Shown piece after piece: positions 8,718 to 18,422 of a DNA stretch of 64,000 nucleotides. The notes beneath the pieces were generated by a model that saw only the letters and a program-made list of their open reading frames with translations, had not been told where the DNA came from and ran no database searches. The translations under genes were made by a program, and so were the position numbers. Position 1 is the stretch's first letter; each line of letters opens with the position of its first letter. Source of the stretch: Oscillospiraceae bacterium (GTDB lineage: Bacteria > Bacillota > Clostridia > Oscillospirales > UBA929); the NCBI GenBank assembly GCA_009782475.1, contig WRIZ01000002.1, forward strand, positions 1 through 64,000, written 5' to 3'.

Positions 8718-9498
8718 TCTTCAGCACCTCCTCGGTGAGCGTGGCATACGCCGCCGCGACTTTTCCGGTGGGATCATAGGCGAAGATGCTTTTTCCTTCC
8801 GCGCTGGTTTCCGCGGCACGGACAGAGCGGGGAATACGCTCCCTAAAAATGTGGATATCGCTGCCGTATGCGCTTTCGATGAGAGAGATGATCTCGCGGG
8901 TATAGTTCATCCGTTTGTCAACCATTGTAAGTAAAATGCCGCCAATTGCAAGATTGGGGTTGAAATGCCGCTGCACCTGTGATATAGTCTTAAGCAGCAG
9001 TTCAAGCCCTTTGGCATCAAGGTATCCCGCTATAACTGGAATGAGTACGCAGTCTGACGCGGTAAGCGCGTTGATGGTCAGAAGACCGAGCGATGGCGAT
9101 GTGTCAACGATAACGAAGTCATACATCGGTTTCAACGTATCGATGTACTGCCGGAGTATGGTTTCACGCCCCACCATCACTGAGGCTAAAGCGAGTTCCG
9201 TGCCTGACAGACTGTTGTTAGCGGGAAGAAAGTCAATGCCCTCGCTGTGATGGAGGATGCCGCTTGTCGGGTCGATTGGGGTTTCGCGTAAGATGGCGTC
9301 CATTGCGGTTGTGAGCGTGACGGGGAGTTTATCCGGCTCTCTGACGCCAAGACTGATAGTGAGGGAGTGTTGCGGGTCGGCATCGAGAAGGAGAACACTT
9401 GCTCCGCTTTTTGCCAGTCCGACACCAAGGCTCACGGCGGTCATGGTCTTTCCCACACCACCTTTGCGATTGGAAACGCAGATTGTTTTGCCCATATG
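8710..9498 (-). CDS. parA: ParA/Soj-family partition ATPase
   Basis: Deviant Walker A KGGVGKT. The likely start is MGKTICVSN at 9495/9498, preceded by an AAAGGAAAG RBS. The ORF is open upstream as far as 9630. Confidence 0.8.
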   Translation of the reverse strand, partial: HMGKTICVSNRKGGVGKTMTAVSLGVGLAKSGASVLLLDADPQHSLTISLGVREPDKLPVTLTTAMDAILRETPIDPTSGILHHSEGIDFLPANNSLSGTELALASVMVGRETILRQYIDTLKPMYDFVIVDTSPSLGLLTINALTASDCVLIPVIAGYLDAKGLELLLKTISQVQRHFNPNLAIGGILLTMVDKRMNYTREIISLIESAYGSDIHIFRERIPRSVRAAETSAEGKSIFAYDPTGKVAAAYATLTEEVLKIA

Positions 9499-9687
9499 GT
9501 TCTTTCCTTTCCGGTTGGATTTTGGGACATTGGCATTTGTCGTATACTTAACATCAGCTATAGTATTGGACAAAAGGGTCCCAATCTTGAAGTGGAAAAA
9601 GGGTAGAAATGAATAACGACAAACCCGCAACCCATTGATAACACAGGTTTTTAGGATTTGTCGTAATTATACCATAAGGGCAGTTGT

Positions 9688-9719
9688 CCCATAAACGAAC
9701 CGTGAGGTTCGTTTATGGG
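9688..9719. repeat. perfect 14-bp inverted repeat (hairpin) in the parA upstream / divergent intergenic region
   Basis: cccataaacgaacc gtga ggttcgtttatggg. There is no U-tract on either strand. It may be an operator or recognition site. Confidence 0.5.
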
Positions 9720-9878
9720 CATCTTTATGCTCTGATCGCCGTGAACGTGGGGACGGTCGGGTGAGTATGACCCCTATTATGAGGATAAGCTGGGGTATGA
9801 GTACAAACCTAACCCAAATCCCCGGCATACTGGCGTGTTGCAAAAAGATAAAGTCTACCTTGAGAGGAAATTGTGACA

Positions 9879-10340
9879 ATGAATAACAACGAAAATCTGC
9901 GGTTAAGAGACCCCGAAGTGACGCCGTCGGACGAATTGCTCCGGCAAACGCTTGGCGACAGCTATGCCGCATATGAAACGCTCCAAGAGGCTTTGCCCGG
10001 CTTAGAGATGGAGCAGGAATGGCAATGGTATACGCCCCACAAGGCGTGGTTTGCAAAAGGGCAGCACTTTTGGATAACGCCGCGTGGAGCAAAGAAAGAG
10101 AAAAATCTATACTGGCTTCATGTGTATGAAGGTGTTTTCAGCGTAGCGGTTTGGTTCAAGGAAAAAAACCGCGCGGAGATTCTGAGAGCCAATGTGAACG
10201 AAACAACAAAACAGTTGATTCGTGACTCCGAGACATATGGAAAGGTACCTACCTTCCCGGTAGTATTTGACATCACCACATCAGAGCTTCCTGCCGATAT
10301 TTGCACGCTCATAGACTGCAAAAAAAGATTGGAGAGATGA
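9879..10340 (+). CDS. DUF3788-like protein (paralog of 29094..29618)
   Basis: Pattern LGDSYAAYETL ... LYWLHVYEGVFSVAVWFKEKNR matches the other copy (LGDASAAWEHL ... LLSLHLRDGFFLVSVTLGGKER). Family name is from memory. Confidence 0.35.
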   Translation: MNNNENLRLRDPEVTPSDELLRQTLGDSYAAYETLQEALPGLEMEQEWQWYTPHKAWFAKGQHFWITPRGAKKEKNLYWLHVYEGVFSVAVWFKEKNRAEILRANVNETTKQLIRDSETYGKVPTFPVVFDITTSELPADICTLIDCKKRLER

Positions 10341-10517
10341 GAAAATAAGGATCATGGACAGGTGCGGCGTTTTACGCCAATGAATCGGTATAATTATATC
10401 GATAAATATATATCTATATTCCGAATATATATTTCCCATAACTGCGGCGATGTACTAATATAATACTATCCCGGTATTTTAGAAAAACACGCCGGAGATG
10501 AGGAGTGGAAATCAATC

Positions 10518-13124
10518 GTGAGCAAGCAATACGAGACCGTGAACAGCGTTGAATCTTTACATGCCGCCTTTGAACGGGTACGCGCCGCCCAAAACCAATT
10601 CGCCTCTTTTACGCAGGAGCAGGTGGATGCCATTTTCCGCGCGGCGGCCACCGCGGCGAACCGATCGCGCATACCGCTGGCAAAGCTGGCGGTGGAGGAA
10701 ACGGGTATGGGCGTCGCGGAAGACAAGGTCATCAAAAACCATTACGCCGCCGAGTATGTATACAACGCGTATAAGGACACGAAAACCTGCGGATTGATCG
10801 GGGACGATCCCGCGGGCGGTTATCATACATACGCCGAACCAATGGGGGTCATCGCGGCGGTCATCCCAACCACAAACCCGACGTCAACGGCCATTTTCAA
10901 GGCTCTGATCGCCCTGAAGACCCGCAACGGCATCATCTTCAGCCCCCACCCAAGAGCCAAAGGCTGTACCATTGCCGCGGCAAAAACGGTATTGGACGCC
11001 GCCGTGAAAGCCGGTGCGCCGGAGGGCATTATCGGCTGGATTGACGCGCCTAATTTGGAACTGACCAACCTGGTCATGAAGGAAGCGGATGTCATCTTGG
11101 CGACCGGCGGGCCAAGCATGGTGAAAGCGGCCTATTCCAGCGGCAAACCGGCCATCGGCGTGGGCGCGGGCAATGTTCCGGCGATTATCGACGATACGGC
11201 GGACATCCTTTTGGCGGTAAACTCCATCATACACTCGAAGACCTTCGACAACGGGATGATCTGCGCTTCGGAGCAGGCCGTGATCGTCTTGGATTCACGG
11301 GTTGAAGAGGTGAAAAACGAGTTTGGTAAGCGCGGATGCCATATACTCAGCCCGGAAGAGACAGAGAAGGTTCGCAAAACCATCATCATAAACGGCTCGC
11401 TGAATGCCAAAATTGTCGGGCAGACGGCGCATACGATCGCCGGACTCGCCGGTGTGACCGTTCCGAAAACAACAAAAATCCTGATCGGGGAAGTGGAAAG
11501 CGTTGAACTAAGCGAGGAGTTTGCGCATGAAAAACTATCTCCCGTGCTGGCTATGTACAAGGCAAAAGACTTTGAAGACGCGCTGCAAAAAGCGGAACGC
11601 CTAGTCTTTGACGGCGGCATGGGGCATACGGCCTCCATTTATCTTGACCCGTTAACGGCAAAGGAAAAGCTGGAACAATTCACCGCGCGGATGAAAACCT
11701 GCCGCATCCTTCTCAACACACCGTCCTCACACGGGGGGATCGGGGATTTATACAATTTCAAGCTCCGGCCGTCACTTACCTTAGGCTGCGGTTCGTGGGG
11801 CGGAAATTCGATCAGCGAAAACGTCGGCGTAAAGCATCTGCTGAATATAAAAGTTGTGGCTGAGAGGAGAGAAAATATGCTTTGGTTCCGCACACCCGAA
11901 AAAATCTATCTCAAACGCGGATGCCTGCCGGTCGCTTTGGATGAGCTGAAATCCGTGCTCGGCAAGAAACGCGTCTTTATCGTCACAGACGGATTCCTGT
12001 ATAAAGGCGGCTTTGCCAAAGCTGTCACCGGGAAACTGGACGAAATGGGGATCACGCACACAACATTCTTCGATGTTGAGCCTGACCCGACGCTGGTCTC
12101 GGCGCGCGAGGGCGCGAAACAGATGGCGGCCTTCGAGCCGGATGCCATCATCGCCATCGGCGGCGGCAGCCCGATGGACGCCGCGAAGATCATGTGGCTG
12201 CTGTACGAACACCCGGAGGCGGATTTCGAGGATATGGCCATGCGGTTTATGGACATCCGCAAACGGGTTTACGGTTTCCCGAGCCTAAAAACATACTTTA
12301 TTGCCATTCCCACCACGGCAGGCACCGGCAGCGAGGTGACCCCCTTTGCGGTCATAACCGACGAAACCACAGGGATCAAATACCCGCTGGCGGATTATGA
12401 GCTTATGCCCGACATGGCGATCGTTGACGCCGACCTGATGATGCAGGCTCCCAAAGGATTGACGGCCGCGAGCGGCATCGACGCAGTCTCTCACGCGCTG
12501 GAAGCGTATGCCTCCATGCTCGCCACCGACTATACCGATTCTCTTGCGCTGGGTGCGTTGAAATCATTGTTCGCGTATCTGCCCCGAGCCTATGAAAATG
12601 GCGCAGACGACCCGGAAGCCCGTGAAAAAGTCGCTAATGCCGCGACCATGGCGGGCATGGCGTTTGCCAACGCATTCCTCGGCGTCTGCCACTCGATGGC
12701 GCATAAGCTGGGAGCCTATCATCATTTGCCCCACGGTGTAGCAAACGCGCTGCTGATCGGCGAGGTCATCCGCTTCAACGCCTCCGAAGCCCCCGCGAAA
12801 ATGGGGTCATTTTCGCAGTACGATCACCCGCACACCCTGTCGCGTTACGCTTCGATTGCCGACGCGCTGGGGTTGGGCGGCAAGACCGATGAGGATAAAC
12901 TGCAGCAACTGCTGGATGCTGTTGAACGGTTGAAAGAGAATGTTGGCATCCAAAAAACCATCCGCGATTATGGCGTGGATGAAAAGGATTTCCTTGACCG
13001 GCTGGACGAAATGACAGAAAATGCTTTTGACGATCAATGCACCGGAGCCAATCCCCGCTATCCGCTGTTTGCCGAGATTAGGCAGATGTATCTGAACGCT
13101 TATTATGGAGGCGAAGAAAAATGA
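10518..13124 (+). CDS. adhE: bifunctional acetaldehyde-CoA / alcohol dehydrogenase
   Basis: 868 aa. The N-terminal part is an aldehyde dehydrogenase domain. The C-terminal part is an iron-dependent alcohol dehydrogenase (GGGSPMDAAK, HSMAHKLGAYHHLPHG). GTG start. Confidence 0.95.
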   Translation: MSKQYETVNSVESLHAAFERVRAAQNQFASFTQEQVDAIFRAAATAANRSRIPLAKLAVEETGMGVAEDKVIKNHYAAEYVYNAYKDTKTCGLIGDDPAGGYHTYAEPMGVIAAVIPTTNPTSTAIFKALIALKTRNGIIFSPHPRAKGCTIAAAKTVLDAAVKAGAPEGIIGWIDAPNLELTNLVMKEADVILATGGPSMVKAAYSSGKPAIGVGAGNVPAIIDDTADILLAVNSIIHSKTFDNGMICASEQAVIVLDSRVEEVKNEFGKRGCHILSPEETEKVRKTIIINGSLNAKIVGQTAHTIAGLAGVTVPKTTKILIGEVESVELSEEFAHEKLSPVLAMYKAKDFEDALQKAERLVFDGGMGHTASIYLDPLTAKEKLEQFTARMKTCRILLNTPSSHGGIGDLYNFKLRPSLTLGCGSWGGNSISENVGVKHLLNIKVVAERRENMLWFRTPEKIYLKRGCLPVALDELKSVLGKKRVFIVTDGFLYKGGFAKAVTGKLDEMGITHTTFFDVEPDPTLVSAREGAKQMAAFEPDAIIAIGGGSPMDAAKIMWLLYEHPEADFEDMAMRFMDIRKRVYGFPSLKTYFIAIPTTAGTGSEVTPFAVITDETTGIKYPLADYELMPDMAIVDADLMMQAPKGLTAASGIDAVSHALEAYASMLATDYTDSLALGALKSLFAYLPRAYENGADDPEAREKVANAATMAGMAFANAFLGVCHSMAHKLGAYHHLPHGVANALLIGEVIRFNASEAPAKMGSFSQYDHPHTLSRYASIADALGLGGKTDEDKLQQLLDAVERLKENVGIQKTIRDYGVDEKDFLDRLDEMTENAFDDQCTGANPRYPLFAEIRQMYLNAYYGGEEK

Positions 13125-13870
13125 ATTTAGAACATGTAATCGCCAAAAGGCCGACAAAGACCATATACAGGGACGGTAATTTAGCCATCAAGCTGTTTGA
13201 CGAATCGTATACGGCGTCTGACGTTCTCAACGAGGCGTTGAATTTGGCGATCGTTCATGAATCGGGGTTCCCTGCACCGGCCATCGTCAATGCGGAGAAA
13301 ATCAACGGACAGTGGGCGATCATCACCGAGTTTATCGAAGGCGTTACCCTCTTTGAGCGTATGGAGAAAAACCCGGAGAAGGAGGATGAATACTTCAATC
13401 GGTTCTTGGATATACAGCTTGACATGCACAGCAATAAGGTTCCTCGGCTGCGCCACCACACCGATAAAATGCACGCTAAAATATCAAGCTGCGGGCTGCC
13501 CGCCACCTCCCGCTATGAACTGCATACCCGCCTGAACGGGCTCCCGCGTCACTCCAAACTCTGTCACGGGGATTTCACCCCCGGAAATGTGATCATCACG
13601 CCGGAAAACAAAGCCTATGTCATCGACTGGTCGCATGCCACGCAAGGCAACGCTTCGGCGGACGCGGCGCGCACCTATTTGCGTTTCACGCTTTCCGGCC
13701 GCGAAAAACAGGCAGAAAAGTATTTGGATATTTTCTGCGAAAAAAGCGACACAGCCAGGCAATATGTGCAAAAATGGTTCGCCATCGTTGCCGCGAGCCA
13801 GCTTGTCAAGGGCAACCCTGAGGAGCGGGAGCTTCTGACAAGATGGGCGAACATCGTGGAATACGAATAA
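13121..13870 (+). CDS. phosphotransferase (APH / choline-kinase-like) family protein
   Basis: Brenner motif HGDFTPGNVII and VIDWSHA (D-x-x motif). ATGA overlap with the adhE stop. Confidence 0.6.
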   Translation: MNLEHVIAKRPTKTIYRDGNLAIKLFDESYTASDVLNEALNLAIVHESGFPAPAIVNAEKINGQWAIITEFIEGVTLFERMEKNPEKEDEYFNRFLDIQLDMHSNKVPRLRHHTDKMHAKISSCGLPATSRYELHTRLNGLPRHSKLCHGDFTPGNVIITPENKAYVIDWSHATQGNASADAARTYLRFTLSGREKQAEKYLDIFCEKSDTARQYVQKWFAIVAASQLVKGNPEERELLTRWANIVEYE

Positions 13871-13883
13871 GGGGATATCCTTC

Positions 13884-14528
13884 ATGGAAAATCTAAACAA
13901 GGCCGTTCCAAGCCAAACGTTCAGGAGATTGCCGGATTACCATTCACTGCTGGTCAAAATGGATGAACAGGGCGCGGAGAATGTTTCATCCACTGTGATT
14001 GCCGGGATCCTGAAGCTGAATGACGTCGTTGTGCGGAAGGATTTGGCCGCCGTCAGCGAAAGCGGGGGTAAACCCCGAACCGGATACGCGGTGCGGGAAT
14101 TGATGAAGCAGATCGGTGCTTGCCTAGGTTATTACAACACAAATGACGCCGTACTTGTCGGGGCGGGACAGCTTGGCCGCGCCCTGCTGTCCTACGACGG
14201 GTTTTCCGAATACGGCGTCAGGATTGTAGCGGCTTTCGATTCAAACAGCGGCATTGCCGGTCTTGAGAAAAACGGAAAGCCGGTCATGAACATTTCCGAA
14301 CTCCCTGACTATTGCCGGCAGCGGAAGATACGGATCGGTATTATCACGGCTCCGGCAAAGGCGGCGCAGACGATTTGCGACCTGCTGGTATCCGGCGGTA
14401 TCATGGCGGTATGGAACTTTGCCCCTACCCATTTGGTGGTGCCCGAGGGTGTTTTTGTTCACAACGAGAATATGGCTCGTTCTCTTTCGCTGCTGTCGCA
14501 GCATCTTGCCCAAAAGGATCGGAGCTGA
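13884..14528 (+). CDS. rex: redox-sensing transcriptional repressor Rex
   Basis: Winged-helix N-terminus, then a Rossmann motif VGAGQLGRAL. About 214 aa. Classic adhE neighbour. Confidence 0.85.
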   Translation: MENLNKAVPSQTFRRLPDYHSLLVKMDEQGAENVSSTVIAGILKLNDVVVRKDLAAVSESGGKPRTGYAVRELMKQIGACLGYYNTNDAVLVGAGQLGRALLSYDGFSEYGVRIVAAFDSNSGIAGLEKNGKPVMNISELPDYCRQRKIRIGIITAPAKAAQTICDLLVSGGIMAVWNFAPTHLVVPEGVFVHNENMARSLSLLSQHLAQKDRS

Positions 14529-14548
14529 GAGATTTGAACCTGCAATAT

Positions 14549-15466
14549 ATGAGATATGCCATCGAAGTCGAAAAAGCCGGCTCCATTTCCAAAGCCGCTG
14601 AGAACCTGTTTATGAGCCAGCCCAACTTGAGCAAAGCGATCAAAGAATTGGAGACTATGATCGGCGTCCCGCTGTTCAACCGCACGACCAAAGGCGTGTC
14701 TTCCATTACGGAAGACGGGCGCGTTTTTATTGAGTACGCACAAAATATATTGGTGCAGCTTGAGAATATGAAGCAGCATTTTCAGCACAGTCCTGCCGGG
14801 AAAAATTCACTTCGCCTCTCTGTCCCGCGCGCGAGTTATATTTCCGAGGCGTTCGCGTCGTTTGTCAATGAACTGGGATCGGATGATTTTAGCATCAAAT
14901 ATTATGAAACAAGCTCATTTCAAGCCATTGAAAATGTAAGTAAGAACGAATGCGATTTTGGGATCATCCGTTACCTTACGTTATACGAAAACACCTTCCT
15001 ATCCTTGCTTCAGGAGAAAGAACTTGAGCACCGGACAATATTGACGTCCGACGGCGTTATCGTCATGAACGCTCAAAACAAACTTGCCGGTAAACCCGCG
15101 CTGCGGTTTCTTGATTTAGAGACTATGATCGAAATTGTCAATGACGATTTTTCCATGCCCCGGCGGGCGGACGGCGACAAAGAAAGCCATGTAAACAAAA
15201 AGCGGGTCTATGTGTATGAGAGGGGAAGCCAGTTTGATCTGCTGACCCATGTGCCGGACGCGTTCATGTGGGTATCCCCCATGCCCAAAGATGTGCTGGC
15301 GCGTAACACGCTGGTTCAAAAACAATGTCCGGGAAAGCCGTTTCAGGATGTGCTTATTGTTCGGAAAGGTCATGATTTCAGCGATTATGAACGGCTTTTT
15401 ATCAGCAGGGTAGAACAGCTCACGCGCTTCGGCTCTGTATCTCGTTCTCAAGGAAAGACCGAATAA
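14549..15466 (+). CDS. LysR-family transcriptional regulator
   Basis: HTH MRYAIEVEKAGSISKAAENLFMSQPNLSKAIKELE, followed by a LysR substrate-binding domain. The longer track ORF starting at 14312 overlaps rex and was rejected. Confidence 0.8.
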   Translation: MRYAIEVEKAGSISKAAENLFMSQPNLSKAIKELETMIGVPLFNRTTKGVSSITEDGRVFIEYAQNILVQLENMKQHFQHSPAGKNSLRLSVPRASYISEAFASFVNELGSDDFSIKYYETSSFQAIENVSKNECDFGIIRYLTLYENTFLSLLQEKELEHRTILTSDGVIVMNAQNKLAGKPALRFLDLETMIEIVNDDFSMPRRADGDKESHVNKKRVYVYERGSQFDLLTHVPDAFMWVSPMPKDVLARNTLVQKQCPGKPFQDVLIVRKGHDFSDYERLFISRVEQLTRFGSVSRSQGKTE

Positions 15467-15887
15467 ACGGAATGCTCCCCTCGTCAACGGGAAAGAGGAA
15501 GCAGGTGTAACGGCATTTGTGATATTGTGAACCCTTGACAGAGAAATCATAACCCTTGCCGCACTTTGGGTTGCACATTTTGCAGTCCGGCGACTTTGCG
15601 ACGGATTTAACCATCGCGTCCGGCAGGGTTTCTAAGAAGTCTATGTATTGACCGATCATGTCGCTGTAGATACGGATCAGAAGGCCGATTTTCCGAAAGA
15701 CGAAGTTCAGCAGAACCTTCTTGTTTTTCCCGTGTGAATACGAAACGACATACCCGTTTTTGGCGAGCTGGAGTTTGAGTTTGCACCCGTTTTCCAATAA
15801 ATAGACGTGTGTCTGCTTGACAAAGTCTTGATAGACCGGGTTCACATTTGACAGGAAATCCTCAAAGCTCAATTCTTGATCCGGCAT
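15420..15887 (-). CDS. hypothetical protein with a Cys-rich C-terminus
   Basis: Start MPDQELSFEDF with GGAGGA 9 nt upstream. It contains CKMCNPKCGKG and HKCRYTC. Convergent with the LysR gene end. Confidence 0.4.
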   Translation of the reverse strand: MPDQELSFEDFLSNVNPVYQDFVKQTHVYLLENGCKLKLQLAKNGYVVSYSHGKNKKVLLNFVFRKIGLLIRIYSDMIGQYIDFLETLPDAMVKSVAKSPDCKMCNPKCGKGYDFSVKGSQYHKCRYTCFLFPVDEGSIPFIRSFLENEIQSRSA

Positions 15888-15963
15888 AGGTATTGATCCT
15901 CCATTCGTAAATATGGTATCATTATAACACAATGGGAGATATGTTTATAGAGGGGACTGTTGG

Positions 15964-16449
15964 ATGATGAACGTTGAGATAGCATCTGCGCAATTAGAAG
16001 ATATGGAAGCAGTCTTGCGGCTTCAATATACCGCCTATCAAAGCGAGGCGGCAATTCATGGCGACTATACCATACAACCGCTCAGACAGACGTTGGATGA
16101 GCTTATCGATGAATTTCACAAGGGTGTTATCCTGAAGGCGGTGCGGGACGGCGCAATCATCGGCTCCGTGAGGGCATACGCGGAAGGCGGCACGGTGTAT
16201 ATAGGGAAGCTGATCGTGCATCCAAACCATCAAGGCAAAGGTTTGGGCAAGCGTCTGCTTGCGGAGGCGGAAGGCAAACTCTGCCGCAAGAGGTTTGAAC
16301 TGTTCACCAGCTGCAAGAGCGATCGAAATCTGCACCTATATGAGAAGTCGGGGTATAAACGCTTCCGCGAGGAAACGGATACAGCCGGAATCCGGTTTGT
16401 TTACTTGGAAAAGGAGAATGAGCCGAAAACGGAACATGACGAAAGATGA
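15964..16449 (+). CDS. GNAT-family N-acetyltransferase
   Basis: Acetyl-CoA motif HPNHQGKGLGKRLLAEAE. Confidence 0.8.
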   Translation: MMNVEIASAQLEDMEAVLRLQYTAYQSEAAIHGDYTIQPLRQTLDELIDEFHKGVILKAVRDGAIIGSVRAYAEGGTVYIGKLIVHPNHQGKGLGKRLLAEAEGKLCRKRFELFTSCKSDRNLHLYEKSGYKRFREETDTAGIRFVYLEKENEPKTEHDER

Positions 16450-17108
16450 ACATGAAATTCAACGCGAATGGAATCGAGCTGTATGTCGAGAAAACAGGGC
16501 AGGGAGCCCCTGTCATTCTGCTGCACGGCAATGGGGAAGACCATACCATTTTTGATGTGCTGGTTCGGCAGCTCTCCCCGGATTATACCGTGTATGCCGT
16601 TGACAGCCGGGATCACGGCAAAAGCGGCAAGGTCAAAACGCTTGACTATCACGATATGATGGAGGACGTCGCCGCGCTGATCCGGGGGCTGAATCTCCCA
16701 AAACCCATCCTATATGGATTCAGCGACGGCGGGATCATCGGGCTTTTGCTGGCGATTCAATATCCCGGGCTCCTCTCCAAACTGATCATCAGCGGAGCCA
16801 ATACCCATCCTGACGGAATCAAAAGAATGGTTGCCATCGGTATGAAACTTACCTATTTCTTTACGCGGAGCCGGAAATACAAACTGATGATCACCCAACC
16901 GGACATCACGGACGCCGAGCTGAAATCCATTCAAACGCCGACGCTCGTTTTGGCCGGAAGCAAAGACATTGTCAAAGACGGGCATACGAAATATATCGCC
17001 CGTAATATTCCGGGCAGCACCCTGCGGATTTTAGAAGGGGAGACCCACGCCGGTTATGTCATCCGCAGCGAGAAGCTATACGGCGTTATCAAACCGTTTC
17101 TAAAATAA
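16446..17108 (+). CDS. alpha/beta-fold hydrolase
   Basis: ILLHGNGEDH ... GFSDGG nucleophile elbow. ATGA overlap with the GNAT gene. Confidence 0.8.
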   Translation: MNMKFNANGIELYVEKTGQGAPVILLHGNGEDHTIFDVLVRQLSPDYTVYAVDSRDHGKSGKVKTLDYHDMMEDVAALIRGLNLPKPILYGFSDGGIIGLLLAIQYPGLLSKLIISGANTHPDGIKRMVAIGMKLTYFFTRSRKYKLMITQPDITDAELKSIQTPTLVLAGSKDIVKDGHTKYIARNIPGSTLRILEGETHAGYVIRSEKLYGVIKPFLK

Positions 17109-17111
17109 ATC

Positions 17112-17711
17112 TTGACTTATATTATCAATTATGATAATATACTCATGCACGATAAAGAGATGAAAGGGGAAGTAATCATAGAGAATTTTTTATCCTGTTT
17201 AAGCAATCCGATAAACGCAAAGCTGCTCCTTGAAATCAAGGAACGCGGGCAAACGACGGCGTCTCAACTGCTGGCAAAGTTCAGCGACGTTCCGCAGGCA
17301 ACGCTGTATCGGCGTTTGCAGAAAATGCTTGGTGACGGACATCTGAAAATCGCGGGTGAAAACCAAATCCGCGGGACGGTGGAAAAGGTATATGCACTCA
17401 ACTACGACCTTGACGCTGAATGGAACAAGATGGGCAACACGAACGACGGCAGAACCTATATGCGGTTTGTAACCTATCATACACTGGGTATTCTGCGGGA
17501 GTTCATGGAGTATACGGCCAAAGAGGATATAAACATCCAAAAGGACGCCACGGGGCTTTTCATCGCGCCGGTATACGCGACAAATGAAGAATTGACAGAA
17601 ACGCTGAACAAAATCATCGAAGCCCTTACCGAGTTGAAAGACAACAAGCCGGACGGGGAGCGAAGGCTGCGCAATATCTGTATTACCATAACCCCGCCTA
17701 AGAATGAATGA
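17112..17711 (+). CDS. ArsR-like winged-HTH transcriptional regulator with a C-terminal domain
   Basis: TTASQLLAKFSDVPQATLYRRLQKM is a helix-turn-helix. The start is uncertain: TTG at 17112 or ATG at 17160. Confidence 0.5.
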   Translation: MTYIINYDNILMHDKEMKGEVIIENFLSCLSNPINAKLLLEIKERGQTTASQLLAKFSDVPQATLYRRLQKMLGDGHLKIAGENQIRGTVEKVYALNYDLDAEWNKMGNTNDGRTYMRFVTYHTLGILREFMEYTAKEDINIQKDATGLFIAPVYATNEELTETLNKIIEALTELKDNKPDGERRLRNICITITPPKNE

Positions 17712-17726
17712 AAGAAGGAATTTTCT

Positions 17727-18413
17727 ATGAAAATCGCAAACAATGCGGAGTTGCTGAACATCAAAAGCGAAGAGACAAACTATGATATGTCTCTTGTCTT
17801 GACGTGGGATGAGAACGAGCTTGTCTTGATTGACGCGGGGCTGCCCGGGCAGATCGAGGTGATCAGGGAAGCGGTTAAGCAAGCGGGGTTCGATTTAGAG
17901 AAACTCACAAAAGTGATCATCACCCATCAGGATATGGATCACATCGGATGCGCGAAGGTTTTGGCTGAAATGGGCGCGAAAATCTTAGCGCATGAAGCGG
18001 AGGCTCCCTATATCCAGGGCGACAAAACGCCGGTACGCATCACGCAGATGGAGGAGCGATTGCCGGAACTGAGCGATGAGCAGCGCGCTTTCCTGGAGCA
18101 GGTCAAAGCGGGCGCGCCGCAGTTTTATGTTCATATCGATCAGCAGCTCACAGACGGCGAGCGGCTGGACATTTGCGGCGGCATCAAGGTGATCCACACG
18201 CCCGGCCATATGCCGGGGCATATAGCGTTGCTGCTGGAAGAGAGCAATATCATGGTCGCGGGCGACGCGGCCAATGTCCACGAAGGCGTGCTGTTAGGAG
18301 CCAATCCGCAGTTTACGCAGGATATGGCGCAGGCGGACGCTTCCTTCCAAAAAATGATGGATTGCAAGCCTTCTTATATCGTTAGTTATCACGGCGGGCT
18401 ATACTCAATGTAG
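17727..18413 (+). CDS. MBL-fold metallo-hydrolase
   Basis: ITHQDMDHIG and HTPGHMPGH motifs. Confidence 0.75.
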   Translation: MKIANNAELLNIKSEETNYDMSLVLTWDENELVLIDAGLPGQIEVIREAVKQAGFDLEKLTKVIITHQDMDHIGCAKVLAEMGAKILAHEAEAPYIQGDKTPVRITQMEERLPELSDEQRAFLEQVKAGAPQFYVHIDQQLTDGERLDICGGIKVIHTPGHMPGHIALLLEESNIMVAGDAANVHEGVLLGANPQFTQDMAQADASFQKMMDCKPSYIVSYHGGLYSM

Positions 18414-18422
18414 ACCGTCCGC

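Noticed and set aside
9499-9872. tRNA or small RNA gene in the 374-bp parA upstream intergenic region
   Set aside because: No cloverleaf-compatible acceptor or anticodon arrangement was found. Only the 14-bp hairpin was recorded.
10341-10517. Rex operator (TTGTGAA-N4-TTCACAA type) upstream of adhE
   Set aside because: The AT-rich leader contains only a TATAAT-like -10 (10467-10472). I could not find a convincing Rex palindrome by eye. It may still exist in degenerate form.
10557-12494. Multiple antisense or out-of-frame ORFs inside adhE (e.g. 10823..11119-, 11132..11638-, 11781..12212-)
   Set aside because: These are typical spurious open frames on the opposite strand of a high-GC gene. They have no RBS and no motifs.
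14312-14548. Long N-terminal extension of the LysR ORF overlapping rex
   Set aside because: It lies in rex coding sequence in another frame. The canonical LysR HTH begins at the M of MRYAIEV (14549).
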